Source of the DNA: Spirochaetia bacterium
Lineage (GTDB): Bacteria; Spirochaetota; Spirochaetia; SZUA-6; Bin103
DNA: 64,000 nucleotides
Direction of reading: 5' to 3'
Assembly (NCBI GenBank): GCA_965203515.1
Contig: OZ241907.1
Location: forward strand, 2,720,001-2,784,000
This document shows, piece by piece, positions 29,401 to 40,748 of the stretch. The position numbers and the translations under genes are program-made. The notes beneath the pieces were generated by a model that ran no database searches, had not been told where the DNA came from, and saw only the letters and a program-made list of their open reading frames with translations. How positions within the stretch are numbered: the stretch's first letter is position 1; every line of letters begins with the position of its first letter.

Positions 29401-30510
29401 ACAATCAAGGTCCCGAGCAGCGTCTCTTGCGCGAATGAAATGGTGATAAGCAGTGCTTAGGCGGATCATCGCCCTCTGACCCGATGCAAGTGGTAACTTA
29501 GCTCCGTTGGAAGGCAGGCATCGAAATGCAACATTGCGAAGCTCCGGCGGGACGACTTTCATAAGAGTGGTCATCCCCATAAAAAAGTGCAGCGCCGGCG
29601 CTTCCCGTAAATCGCTATCATCGACAATATCAAGACTTGCAAACGCTTCTTCCCAAAGACCTAAGTTAAGTTGACTCTTAAGAAGCAACAGCTTTCCGTC
29701 GTGGTCGAGCTTTGCAGGCGGTATATTCGAGGCATCGAGCCACTCGATGGCACACTGCAACCCGTCGTGACGGGCGACCACCGTGAATCCTGCCGATCGG
29801 GACGCGGGTGTATCGAGATCTCCTAACTTGCTAAGGGCACCTTTCTTGTTGCCCTTACCTGCCAACGTCATCGCACTGGCGATCTTGATTTCTGTGTACG
29901 AACTGAATTCTCTAGCCTCGCCGAGGTATCGCTCGGCATCATCAAGCTTGTCTCCGGCTGACAAAACCATGACACACCACGCAAGTCCGATCATTCTGAC
30001 CCTGTCCGAACCAGTCGAGTAGTCTCCTTTGGTCAACTGATAGGCAAGTGACAGTGCCGTATCGATCCCGTCGGAATCTTCGAAGGCAAGTCTCCTTCTG
30101 CGTCTATTTACGTCCTGTTCGATAATCTCCGTAAGGACTGGTACCGGGATGCGATTGGAATGCACTCTTTTCGCTTCATGCTCTTGCTTCCATCGCTTGA
30201 GTATCTCGGCGGTGTAGATCTCTGGTTGCTTGTCCACTATCGCGTGGTGATGCGCACACAGTAGTATCAGGTTATCGTAGGAATCTCGTTCTTCTTCAGT
30301 AAGGCAAGGGTTGAACCTAGGGCCACCTTTGCTTCTTGCATGTATGTGGCAGATTTGAATGACAACAGCAGCAGCGGATTGCTCGGTTCCCGATACAGTC
30401 GCCGGGTTCTGACACTCGGGGTGCGCACACTGGTCCAAGCTACGAAGGTATAGTAGATTCTTCGTTGACGGTTTCAACGTCCGTCGTTTCCTATTTCGGT
30501 GGTCGGGCAT
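26437..30510 (-). CDS. HNH endonuclease - TPR-like helical repeats - PIN-like domain protein (1357 aa); low GC
   Basis: CAHPEC..CHIHARSKGGPR..DNLILLCAHHHAIVD (HNH); PIN-like segments IAVDGTALF, LYLDDLSI, MVIDDRFM..TTLDVI. Confidence 0.75.
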   Translation of the reverse strand: MPDHRNRKRRTLKPSTKNLLYLRSLDQCAHPECQNPATVSGTEQSAAAVVIQICHIHARSKGGPRFNPCLTEEERDSYDNLILLCAHHHAIVDKQPEIYTAEILKRWKQEHEAKRVHSNRIPVPVLTEIIEQDVNRRRRRLAFEDSDGIDTALSLAYQLTKGDYSTGSDRVRMIGLAWCVMVLSAGDKLDDAERYLGEAREFSSYTEIKIASAMTLAGKGNKKGALSKLGDLDTPASRSAGFTVVARHDGLQCAIEWLDASNIPPAKLDHDGKLLLLKSQLNLGLWEEAFASLDIVDDSDLREAPALHFFMGMTTLMKVVPPELRNVAFRCLPSNGAKLPLASGQRAMIRLSTAYHHFIRARDAARDLDCSDAAAEAEEYSLWIGLRHPDLKVRARCRLKQILRNDSSYLRFVPLGLQFGIDLDIQAVERQIKQQIALKGGSTYDTAVARFAIVTAQTTPEAVLDHLSRYRCEIADVIDDRALQKIEIEMLALAGRPHEARERMNELSIDGTLDADIDRLQACIEESQGADPVDIRRHQFEQTDDLVDLIKLVDGLESAKRWSDVCRYGKILFDRTKSIDHAERLAHGFHMTASDDHLSTFLTDNFELVEKSSRLKFLRCVALYNEGRFVESLQDLKKLRDESGDSIQEKSYRTLQIEIGVALGDWKTVTAIVTDEYGRRDERSAEELMRFAEIACGLSLPYGKDIMFAAVEKGRSDPAILMRGFILASTHGWDNHEEVGKWLRDAVSWSDTDGPVWKISLREVKDLSKSWGSRVTEISRLLWSAEIPMFVAAQLMNTSLCGFVLGHAYGNYEERDPRRRSIIPAYSENRQRSTTTGIDGTSTIAVDGTALFTMSLLNMLDKFIDSFSMVYIAHNTLPWLLHEKQMSMFHQRRLVEEARILQRLLATKALEIMSASVVQSSDLCEHVGEELAQMIAEAKGPMEGDERQHLVVRSAPVYRTSSLMEEEVDLVEHSEVLVSCGAVVKTLRTKGVITANEEKSAREYLCLHERSWPDEPGIADRAILYLDDLSITYFLHIRLLDRIHSAGYRVLVSPKSVSDANRLISHQEVLENVDRAIERVRDALHRGLIAGKVSVGKRVINRDMTDESIVRHSTIGVVGLADVCNAMVIDDRFMNRHQNVANTEVLTTLDVIDILVGQGAMSEDDRLDYRASLRRYGYVSISLERDELKQHIAMSTVKGGVVLETAELRAIRENILALRMGHWIHNHDGFLWINSFFKVLKDTLKDLWSGSDELSNVRAWSDWIMSQVDIRGWIHTFDKVKDGGVIAEMYMMTVADLVFSPMTIPVERQDEFHRWLEKHILNPIRDHDRQIFLQMVGYCRKMISKTGNADLKEFPKR

Positions 30511-30514
30511 TTGG

Positions 30515-30603
30515 CGCTGTCGGGCGATCGCGCCGTGGGCGGACGTGGAAGTCGGTCACTGCCGGCAATCCGTCGCAGGGCATGGTGTCGAGCAGGATCG
30601 CAT
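30515..30603 (-). pseudogene. VapC/PIN toxin 5' remnant
   Basis: atgcgatcctgctcgacaccatgccctg gives MRILLDTHAL after two 1-nt corrections, then ..AGSDRLP; truncated where the low-GC gene begins. Confidence 0.6.
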
Positions 30604-30606
30604 GGA

Positions 30607-30814
30607 TCACGACTCCCAGCGGGCCAGCTCGCTCTCCGGGAGCGGTTCGAAGAAGCGGTCATCGACGACGATCCGATCCCGCAGCGCGCCGAACCGGCGC
30701 GTGCGCCGCTTACCCTTGAGGCCGACGAGACGCGCCACCGGATCGCCGTTACGAGCGGTAACAACGAAACGGGCGCGAGAACTGCGTCTTGGCCTGATGG
30801 ACGTTCACCGTCAC
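30607..30814 (-). pseudogene. Phd/YefM antitoxin, internally deleted and frameshifted
   Basis: VTVNVHQAKTQFSR, then in another frame VVTARNGDPVARLV...RRFGALRDRIVVDDRFFEPLPESELARWES*. Confidence 0.8.
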
Positions 30815-30829
30815 CGCCGGCGATCCGGG

Positions 30830-31093
30830 TTATGGGATCGCGTCCTGCACGCGGGTCAGCAGCTCGTCCTCGGTCTTGCATTCGATGATCCAGTCGCCGA
30901 CCTGCAACAGGCTCTCCAGGTCGGTCAGACGCTCCAACAGGACGGACAACCGCGGAGCTGTTTCCGGCGTGAACTTCCGCGCCGCCTGCCGGCACAACAG
31001 CCTTCGTTCTTCGCCGCGGCCCTGCTCGATACCCTGCTCGATACCCTGCTCGCGGCCTTCCGCGACCCACCTGGCTACCAACTCCTGCAACAT
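30830..31093 (-). CDS. Putative internal Rpn antitoxin ORF (RpnS-like, 87 aa)
   Basis: Strong RBS GGAGGAGGT 7 nt before an in-frame ATG (MLQELVARW...EGREQGIEQGIEQG). Confidence 0.6.
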   Translation of the reverse strand: MLQELVARWVAEGREQGIEQGIEQGRGEERRLLCRQAARKFTPETAPRLSVLLERLTDLESLLQVGDWIIECKTEDELLTRVQDAIP

Positions 31094-31677
31094 CGGCCCT
31101 ACCTCCTCCGATCTCGGCAACGATTCCAGCACCCTGCCTTTCATCTTGCGCGGCACCAGCACCTGATTCACCCATTCCCGGTACACTTGCGTCAACTCCG
31201 GGGTCTCCAACTCCCGCAGCCGCTCGAACAGCGCTGCCAGCAACTCCGGCACCCGCTCATCCGCGCGATTGGTCTCCAACGCGATCAGCGCCGACACCAG
31301 GTTGCGACCCGGCAGATCGTCCGCCGCCAGCCGCCCCTGGTCAAGCAGATAGTAGCGCAGCGACGGCTGATACCGCGCCAGCGCCTCCCCGCCGAACGCG
31401 ATCAGTTCCGCCACGTCCTCGGCCGCCGTCCACGGCTGGCTCCCGTTGTAGATCACGATCGGCAGCACCGGCGGCAGCTTGCCATGTTCGCGCAGCACGC
31501 CGTCGTCGATCAGCTTCTCGTACAGCATGCCGGTGTAGGTCAGCATCCGCATTGCCATGGCCGGCTCGATGGTGGACTGGAACTCCAGCAGCACCAGTCG
31601 CGGGCGGCGAAGCCGCGCAGCAGGTCCTGAACCGTGTGCGGCTGCGCGAACAACCGCTTGTAGCCGGCATCGTGCAT
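30830..31677 (-). pseudogene. Rpn (recombination-promoting nuclease/YhgA-like, PD-(D/E)xK) gene with N-terminal deletion frameshift
   Basis: MHDAGYKRLF..DLLRGFAARDW joins out of frame to LLEFQS..MAMRM..LPPVLPIVIYNG; C-terminal EQGIEQG repeats. Confidence 0.85.
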
Positions 31678-31722
31678 GGTGAAGTGACGATCATACCACA
31701 CCGACCGTGGCCGTGATCGGGC

Positions 31723-32091
31723 TCATCGCAGTACTTCGCCGTTCCAGAGTCGCTTCAGAATCTCGAAGTAGTTCCGGACCGTGGACCGGCTCACCGCGGC
31801 ATCGCGGGAGATGGAGGAGACATTGGTCACCTGTCCGTTCTGCCGGGCCGCAATCTCCAGGAAGCGGTTGAAGCTGCCGACGCTCCGCGTCAACGCCTCG
31901 GCGCGGATCTCTTCCTGCAGATAGGTCTCGGCATAGGCGCTCAGGTAGGCGGCCGGATCGTCGCCAGTGACCGCAAGCGGCAGGGCACCGTGGCGGAGCG
32001 CATCGTCGAAGTCGACCCGAAACGATCGTTCCGCCGACACCAGCGGAAACAGGTGATGGACCACCGCCCGCCCGGCGCGCAGGCGCGGCAC
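31723..32091 (-). pseudogene. Fragment of AAA_14/DUF4143 ATP-binding protein
   Basis: AGRA..LFPLV, YAETYLQEEI, FLEIAARQNGQV.N.S.I..DA.VS..TV.NYF.IL; Walker A and most of the C-terminal domain are missing. Confidence 0.75.
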
Positions 32092-32208
32092 CGCTGAGCT
32101 ATTCGGTGTCTTCAGCCGTTGGCGGTGCCTCGGTCGGTTCGGGAGCGGCGGACGAAGCGGCGAGCCGCTCTGCTTGCATGATACGACAACTACTGCGAGA
32201 CTCCCCCC

Positions 32209-32402
32209 ATGAAGGTCAGCGTAGTGGATTCGAAGAGACGAATCATGCTTGGAGCTGCTAGTCCCGGAGAAGCGTTTAGCGTTGCGGAGGAGTCCGACGG
32301 TCGGATCGTCATAACACCGGCGGCCATGACACCATGACCGCGTGGACCGACCCGGAGGAGCAGGCGGTATATGAGCGGTTCATGACAGAGCGGAAGAACT
32401 GA
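32209..32402 (+). pseudogene. AbrB/MazE-like small protein interrupted by an 8-bp duplication
   Basis: MKVSVVDSKRRIML..PGEAFSV.EESDGRIVITP; ccatgac-a-ccatgac introduces TGA at 32335-32337. Confidence 0.5.
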
Positions 32403-32445
32403 TCTCGGGTCAGAACGATCGCCGGCCGCAGCCGCGCACGTTACC

Positions 32446-34926
<2,481 letters not shown>

Positions 34927-34989
34927 CGTGGGTGCTCGGAATGATACCACCGCGCGCGCATCGCAGGCCAGCGCGATCACGCCGGCAGG

Positions 34990-35530
34990 TTGCGGCGGAG
35001 CTGCACGAAGCGGTCGGCGTCGGATCGAATCGACAGGAAGCGATCGGCAAGGCGCTGCAGCAGGCGGCGTTCCAGGTCTGCGGCGTCACCCTGGAGTCGG
35101 ACAGCGCTTCTCGGCGGTCTCGCTCGCCGTCCGGGGGGACGGCATGGAGATCGTCGAGAGCCTCAACGAGCACATCCGCATCTCCCTGGGCAGCGATGCC
35201 TGCCGCTTCACCGGCTACGACGTGCTGAGCTCGACGCCGGAGGACGGCGGCGTGCGCGTGCGGGTGCGGGTCAGCCACGCGTCCTACCGCGTGCCGGGGC
35301 CGGACGTGGACCGACGCCGGCTGGCGGTGCTCGACTTCGAGATCGACGAGGTGCATCTGTACGGAGCCGGCGGCGAGCGTGAGCAGCGCACCGGCGGCGG
35401 CGCGGCGTGGAGGTCGACTTCGATCTCATGCGCAACCTGCAGGACCGCTTCCGGGCGCGCATCGAGTCGCTGCTCACGCAGGGCCGGCGGTTCGCGGTGC
35501 TCGACCGCCGCGCCCCGGAACTACACGTGC
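34990..35530 (+). pseudogene. Degraded gene spread over three frames, resembling a CsgG/HfaB-type (FlgT_N/LPP20-like) exported protein
   Basis: EAVGVGSNRQEAIGKALQQA / RRRLAVLDF / IESLLTQGRRFAVLDR; no start or signal peptide; ends at the brnA 3' end. Confidence 0.45.
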
Positions 35531-35559
35531 AGGTGTGCGCCGCCTGCTCCTTCGCTGCG

Positions 35560-35853
35560 CTACGTTCCGCTAACTCTCTCGGCGTGCTGCACGTGACGGC
35601 GCAAGGCACGATTTATTTCGGCCTGATAGCCACGACCGTCACGGGCATGCTTCTTGAACCAGGCGACGATGTCGGCATCCAGCCGCAGTGTGATCTGCTG
35701 CTTAACGGGTCGGTAAAAGACACCTCGTCTTGCCATCGACCAGTCGACTGTTTCGGGTGGGTCGGTCGTATCTATCGAGTCGTCGGGAAGTTCCTTGAGG
35801 GCTGCGATCTCTTCCCTCTGTTCGTCAGTAAGCTTGCTAAGGGTATTCTTCAT
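35560..35853 (-). CDS. brnA: BrnA antitoxin
   Basis: RPVKQQITLRLDADIVAWFK..GRGYQAEINRALR. Confidence 0.9.
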   Translation of the reverse strand: MKNTLSKLTDEQREEIAALKELPDDSIDTTDPPETVDWSMARRGVFYRPVKQQITLRLDADIVAWFKKHARDGRGYQAEINRALRRHVQHAERVSGT

Positions 35854-36118
35854 AGTTCCGCCTTTCGCTAGGTGTCGCCTTGCGAGCGCTGATGATGCGG
35901 CCCGTCTCGGTACCAGTTTTCCGATCCGGCCAAGTATGGACTACTATAAAGATCACAGATTCGATCTCACCGATGGTTCGCCAACGTTGTTCGTTCGGAT
36001 ACGAATCTGCAATCGTAATCGCAAGCGGGTCGTCGAACACGAGTTGGGCAGTCTCGAAACCAAGTCGGTGACGGCGTTTATTCGCACGGTTCTTCGTCTC
36101 ATCCCAGACCCAGCGCAT
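35837..36118 (-). CDS. brnT: BrnT toxin
   Basis: WDETKNRANKRRH..F..A..VFDDP, EQRWRTIG, RIISARKAT..ERR.Y. Confidence 0.92.
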   Translation of the reverse strand: MRWVWDETKNRANKRRHRLGFETAQLVFDDPLAITIADSYPNEQRWRTIGEIESVIFIVVHTWPDRKTGTETGRIISARKATPSERRNYEEYP

Positions 36119-36133
36119 AGCTTCCCACGCATG

Positions 36134-39100
36134 TCAACGATCGAACTGTTCGAACTCGTCAGTCGCACCGGGAAGCCCGGCCAGACAGATGCGATCGATC
36201 AGATCAAGGGAACGGGATGCCCACTTGTCGTTCTGGTGTTGTTGGTAGGTACGGAAGATGAGCTTCGCGACCGTAAGCACGTTCGCGTAACGATCAGTTC
36301 CAATGTCTCGTGATTCGGAGGAAATATCGAGAAATCGCGTGCAAACCATGCACGTCATCCCAGGCAGACGCTCCCGTGAATTATCCAGCGCGCGAAGGAG
36401 CCAGAGTGCGCCGTCAGCGAATTCACTACTGTCGCAGAACGCCGCGATCAGCTTGTCATATGAATCGAGAGACTGACTGCCTATACGGCTGAAACATGAC
36501 GCCGCTTCTTCCCGCACCTCGGCAACGCAATCGTCGAAGAGAACCGTGAGCTTCGCCTCACACCACGCTCGGCACTCGGGCACTCCGAGGTTGGCGGCAG
36601 CCACCTGGGCCACGCCGAGGCGTTGGCTTTGGTCGCCTCGCAGGGCCTCCGCGACGAGGTATGCGGCGCGCTCGTGGTCCAAAGCGGCAAGGCTTGCCAT
36701 GCGCGCGCCGGCTTCGCGAACCTCCGGTGCGGACGATCGAAGCATACGCTCGACGATCGGTTGCAGTGCCGGAAAGCTGTCGCGGAGGCCGCTGCGGATG
36801 AATTCGCACACGTGATGCGTTGCGAGTAGGCGGTCCTCAGCGAAGTTCATACTTCTAAAGAGCCGCACGCCGAGCGTACGATTGTGGTAGGCCACGGCGC
36901 GGAGTGTCCCGGCGACGCAGGAGAGCACGGCGGCGCTGCGATCCTGGATCATTCTTTCGATGGTGGGCTTGAACCGTGGTATGTATGCCGAATCAGTGAG
37001 GATGAGGTCCCGCACGGCATCGGCCGCCCGCCCGCGCGTGGTGTTGATGCCGTTCATGTGAATCTCGCCGTTATAGTAAGGCTGGCCTCTGCCAGCGTCC
37101 ATTCTCCATGCTTCACTGGCGGGATCTTCGTGCTCCGTTGCAATCCAGTGCAGCATTCGAACGGCGTCGTCCGGAAGCGGGTCCCCAATACTGCCGAGGA
37201 GGTCGGCAATCGCCTTACCGCATGGTCCCGCCGATTCCGCGTATCCCTTGCGGCAGACCGCGATTTTGAGATCGCTTTGGACCTCGGCAGTCTTCAACCC
37301 GGCGAGCGTATGTTCGAGGTATACAGGGTTTGCGTCCGCGGGGAACTTCAGACTGAGACGTGCGAATCGATCGGGCTGCTCCTTGACCCGCGTTTCGAGG
37401 ACGCGCGCCAGTTCCAAAGCGCCGCCTTTGAGCGGGTCAGCCACGGTATACTTCCGATCCTCGCGATACTTGTCGGTCGCGCGCAGCCATTGGTCGTCGG
37501 TCATCAGGTCAGCGGCTGACTTATCGATCGGCGACAAAACCATCCCCGCGATAGCCTGTCTCGGCTCGCGTCCCGGCTCACCGAACTTCCGCTTCAGCTC
37601 CTCGTAATGCGCGTTTGCGCGGATGCTGCGCAGGTCCTTCGGAATCGCCGAGAGCAAGTCGAATTGAGTGCGTCCGATCTGCTTGTATTGGATTCCAGCG
37701 ATCGTGCGTTCGAAAGGAGGGACGTAGCGTAAAATCTCGGTCTCCAGGCCCACTCGATTGGCGGCGGTACAGTGCGTTACCACGGCCCGAATCAGTTGCA
37801 TTGCGCACCAGTTCGAGCTGTCCGAATACCCGCACTGAAATCGCCATGGCTCAGCACACAGCAACAGAACCGCCTCGTCCGCGTAGCGCTCAGCCGCGCC
37901 GCCGTAGAGGGCGAGCAGAAGGTGGTTCGCGACATGCGTGTTGCGGCGGCGCAGCTCAGCGATGGCTTGCCCTATCGGTGCGACGCCTTCCTGCGCAAGC
38001 GCGGCCAGCGCTCCGGCCAACCCCGTGAGGCACGCATCCTCACCTGTCGGATGCTCGGTTTCGATGAGCATAGGCCACACGGCGTCGCGCTTCGGCGGCT
38101 CATCATCGGTCAGCGTTGAGTCGGAGATGTCGAGAACCGCGGGCAGTACGTGTTCGACGAACTCGCCGGGGGCGGCTGCTGCCGATTTGGCGATCATCCT
38201 CGCCGCGCTGTCGTCGTGGCCGATAAGCGAGTTTCCGAACATATCCAGGTCCTTGCCGGCGGTTCGGATGACCTCAAGCCGCCGTCGGAGGCGGTGGGCC
38301 ACAACCTCTGGGAGCCAATCGGGGCGTTTCTCACCCAGCTCGTATAGCGTCAGCCAGAACGTATCGTTCACTACGCCCGATCTGCTGACCTCATCAAGCG
38401 TTCCATTGTCCACGAGACGTAGCAGGAGATTGAAGAAGCGGCGGCTGGTGTGATGGATAGCCCGCCCCATCAGTGTTCGCAGGCGCTGCGTCCACTCGCC
38501 GCCCCGGTCGGCATACGGTTCGAGCAAGGCCGCGACGCGGTCCGGTGATCGGCGTTGGTGGACGTTCAGGTAGGTCACGGCCATATCGACGAACCTGCCG
38601 TTGTCTGATGCCAACCACTTCTCAATGAGGCCTCGTCGATCGATTTCCGCGAACCACGACCGCGACCCGAATATCCGCTGCCAAGCGATGGCAGACAGCC
38701 GGTCGGTATTTGTGGTTCCGTCCTCGACGGCCTTGAGCGCAGGCGCCATCCACCGTTCCGCGATAGCCCACTCTTTCTCGGTCGGGTCATTTACTTCGGC
38801 AAGCAGCGCGAACGCCAAGTCCTTGAGGTGCGGGCGGATTCCGTCGTCGGCGAGCAGGGCGTCAAGTTCCTCCGCGTACCTGTTGGAGTCAGCTTCACGG
38901 AGATAGGCCAGCACCTGCCGCACTTGGGAGCGGCGGAACAGATGTTGATCCGATCCCTTGAGGAAGGACACCAGTGAGCCCGACCGACTACGGAATACGC
39001 GCGCGAAGCAGTAGTCGAAGAAGCTCTCGTGGCCGAAGCCGTAGCGGTGGCCATCGAAGGTAAGGACGCCCTCCGACGTGATCTGGTCCAGGTACGCCGG

Positions 39101-40660
39101 CGGGAAATCGTCGAGGCACTCCCTGGGTGCCGAAAGCTGCTGAGTCGCGGTCATCAAGTCGCAGAGCGTCCTCATGATCGCCATCCAGTGATCCGACACG
39201 GACGAGATTCGTTCCGCTACCGCCCGCCGCTTCTCTTGCCAGTACTGGTCGAAAAGTTGTGTTGCCGTACTAAACGTGGGCGTGCTCGCGGTATCGAAGT
39301 TGGCGTCGAGCAAAAGGGAGAGGTTCTGCGGCAGGCGCAGCAACGCGACCTGGCGACTCCGGAACAGCGCCGCATCGAATCCTGCCCTCGTGAGAATGGT
39401 CTTCACCTCGTCGACCGGGAACTCGCCGACGCCGACCTGCGCGGCTGCTTCCGGCATGAGCCGCCGCAGGCCTGAATCGTTCTCCCAGTCGAACGCACGA
39501 CAGACCACGACGGTGTGAATCGCTGCCCGCGCGCGGGAACCCCGCGCCTCGTGCAGCAGGTCCTCGATCAGATCGAATGCGCCGGAGCTTCTGCCGGACA
39601 TGGTGCTCACGGCATCCAACTGATCCACAATCAGGACGCCCGGACGATCGGCAGCCGCTGCCGCCTCTGCAAGTATGCGGACCGGAGACTCTTCCAGACC
39701 GAGTTGGTGTCCCAGCTCCACGGTGTTGGATGCCGAAAGGAAGCGGTCGAGCCGGAAGGCCAGCACCGGCACTCCGAGTGCGCGCAGGCGGTCTACGACC
39801 TCCACGACGCAGGCCGTCTTCCCCGCGCCGGCCTTTCCGGTCATGGCGCTGTCGGTTGCCGCCGTACCGTCCAGTCGCGACAGAAGCGTATCTGCCGCCG
39901 CTCTCGGAACGAGCTGGTGCTGAATGAGCTTTCTGCGCGCGCCTTCCAGGTACCGGTCCGTCGCGTTTTCCACAGCCATTCCGGCGCGTCCGGGCGTCAC
40001 GGGTCGTAACCGATAGCCGCGGGAGGCGAGTTCGTCACCGAGATCTTGACGCGTAATCGTGCGATGCACGGAGTCTTCGATCAGACGCAGAAGTTCCGCC
40101 AGCGTCTTTTCAGGGTCCGCCAAAAAGAGCGCCTGCGCTCCCCAACGCGCCTGTCGTTCGAGATTGCGCTCGTCGATCGTGTGAACTTCGATCCGTTGCA
40201 GGATATCGAGCGCAGTCGGAACGTCGCAATTCCAGCATGCCAGGAGCCTCTCGAACCCGCGCTTCCTTTTCTTGGCTGCGAGAAAGGAGCGCTTGACCTC
40301 CTCTGTCGATTCGGCGCCCGCCGCCGCCTCGCACAGATCGGCCAGTTCACGGGCGTCGCTGGTCGATGCGAAGACGAACCGATCAGCATTGCCCGTCAGT
40401 TGCTCGCCGACGGCCTGCAGCAGTCCGTCGGCGCAGAGCGAAGCAAGGCTCCACTTGCCGTTTGGATGGCTGCGCTTCACCTGATGAAGTACCCGCTGTG
40501 CGCCGACTGACACGACAAACTCTGCCTTCTCGACTTCGGGGTCCTCAATGCGAATCGCATCCGTGGTGGTGTCATGGAGCATCCGCATGAACTCCAACAC
40601 CGTCCACCACTTCTCGTAGCGGTTGCCGAGCTTGTTGGCGGCACCACCGGTAAGCATCAT
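36134..40660 (-). CDS. Avs-like STAND/NACHT NTPase with N-terminal REase-like nuclease and C-terminal helical repeats (1508 aa)
   Basis: KLGNRYE..IRIE..AEF..HQVK; Walker A GKAGAGKT; Walker B LIVDQLD; LRLPQNL; FGHESFFDY; long HEAT-like tail. Confidence 0.8.
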   Translation of the reverse strand: MMLTGGAANKLGNRYEKWWTVLEFMRMLHDTTTDAIRIEDPEVEKAEFVVSVGAQRVLHQVKRSHPNGKWSLASLCADGLLQAVGEQLTGNADRFVFASTSDARELADLCEAAAGAESTEEVKRSFLAAKKRKRGFERLLACWNCDVPTALDILQRIEVHTIDERNLERQARWGAQALFLADPEKTLAELLRLIEDSVHRTITRQDLGDELASRGYRLRPVTPGRAGMAVENATDRYLEGARRKLIQHQLVPRAAADTLLSRLDGTAATDSAMTGKAGAGKTACVVEVVDRLRALGVPVLAFRLDRFLSASNTVELGHQLGLEESPVRILAEAAAAADRPGVLIVDQLDAVSTMSGRSSGAFDLIEDLLHEARGSRARAAIHTVVVCRAFDWENDSGLRRLMPEAAAQVGVGEFPVDEVKTILTRAGFDAALFRSRQVALLRLPQNLSLLLDANFDTASTPTFSTATQLFDQYWQEKRRAVAERISSVSDHWMAIMRTLCDLMTATQQLSAPRECLDDFPPAYLDQITSEGVLTFDGHRYGFGHESFFDYCFARVFRSRSGSLVSFLKGSDQHLFRRSQVRQVLAYLREADSNRYAEELDALLADDGIRPHLKDLAFALLAEVNDPTEKEWAIAERWMAPALKAVEDGTTNTDRLSAIAWQRIFGSRSWFAEIDRRGLIEKWLASDNGRFVDMAVTYLNVHQRRSPDRVAALLEPYADRGGEWTQRLRTLMGRAIHHTSRRFFNLLLRLVDNGTLDEVSRSGVVNDTFWLTLYELGEKRPDWLPEVVAHRLRRRLEVIRTAGKDLDMFGNSLIGHDDSAARMIAKSAAAAPGEFVEHVLPAVLDISDSTLTDDEPPKRDAVWPMLIETEHPTGEDACLTGLAGALAALAQEGVAPIGQAIAELRRRNTHVANHLLLALYGGAAERYADEAVLLLCAEPWRFQCGYSDSSNWCAMQLIRAVVTHCTAANRVGLETEILRYVPPFERTIAGIQYKQIGRTQFDLLSAIPKDLRSIRANAHYEELKRKFGEPGREPRQAIAGMVLSPIDKSAADLMTDDQWLRATDKYREDRKYTVADPLKGGALELARVLETRVKEQPDRFARLSLKFPADANPVYLEHTLAGLKTAEVQSDLKIAVCRKGYAESAGPCGKAIADLLGSIGDPLPDDAVRMLHWIATEHEDPASEAWRMDAGRGQPYYNGEIHMNGINTTRGRAADAVRDLILTDSAYIPRFKPTIERMIQDRSAAVLSCVAGTLRAVAYHNRTLGVRLFRSMNFAEDRLLATHHVCEFIRSGLRDSFPALQPIVERMLRSSAPEVREAGARMASLAALDHERAAYLVAEALRGDQSQRLGVAQVAAANLGVPECRAWCEAKLTVLFDDCVAEVREEAASCFSRIGSQSLDSYDKLIAAFCDSSEFADGALWLLRALDNSRERLPGMTCMVCTRFLDISSESRDIGTDRYANVLTVAKLIFRTYQQHQNDKWASRSLDLIDRICLAGLPGATDEFEQFDR

Positions 40661-40748
40661 GACTTTGCGAGACGGTCCGACCGGCGGAATCGAAAGCTGC
40701 GCACGGCCACGGTCATCTGATTGGCGGCATGGAGGGCAGCCAAACCGA

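Noticed and set aside
30830..31677. Rpn/YhgA-like gene as an IS transposase mobilising the island
   Set aside because: No terminal inverted repeats or target duplication seen; the family is PD-(D/E)xK nuclease/TA, not DDE.
32092..32208. Possible tRNA or att site near the island end
   Set aside because: Only a weak GC hairpin; no cloverleaf, T-loop or CCA, and no matching repeat at the other end.
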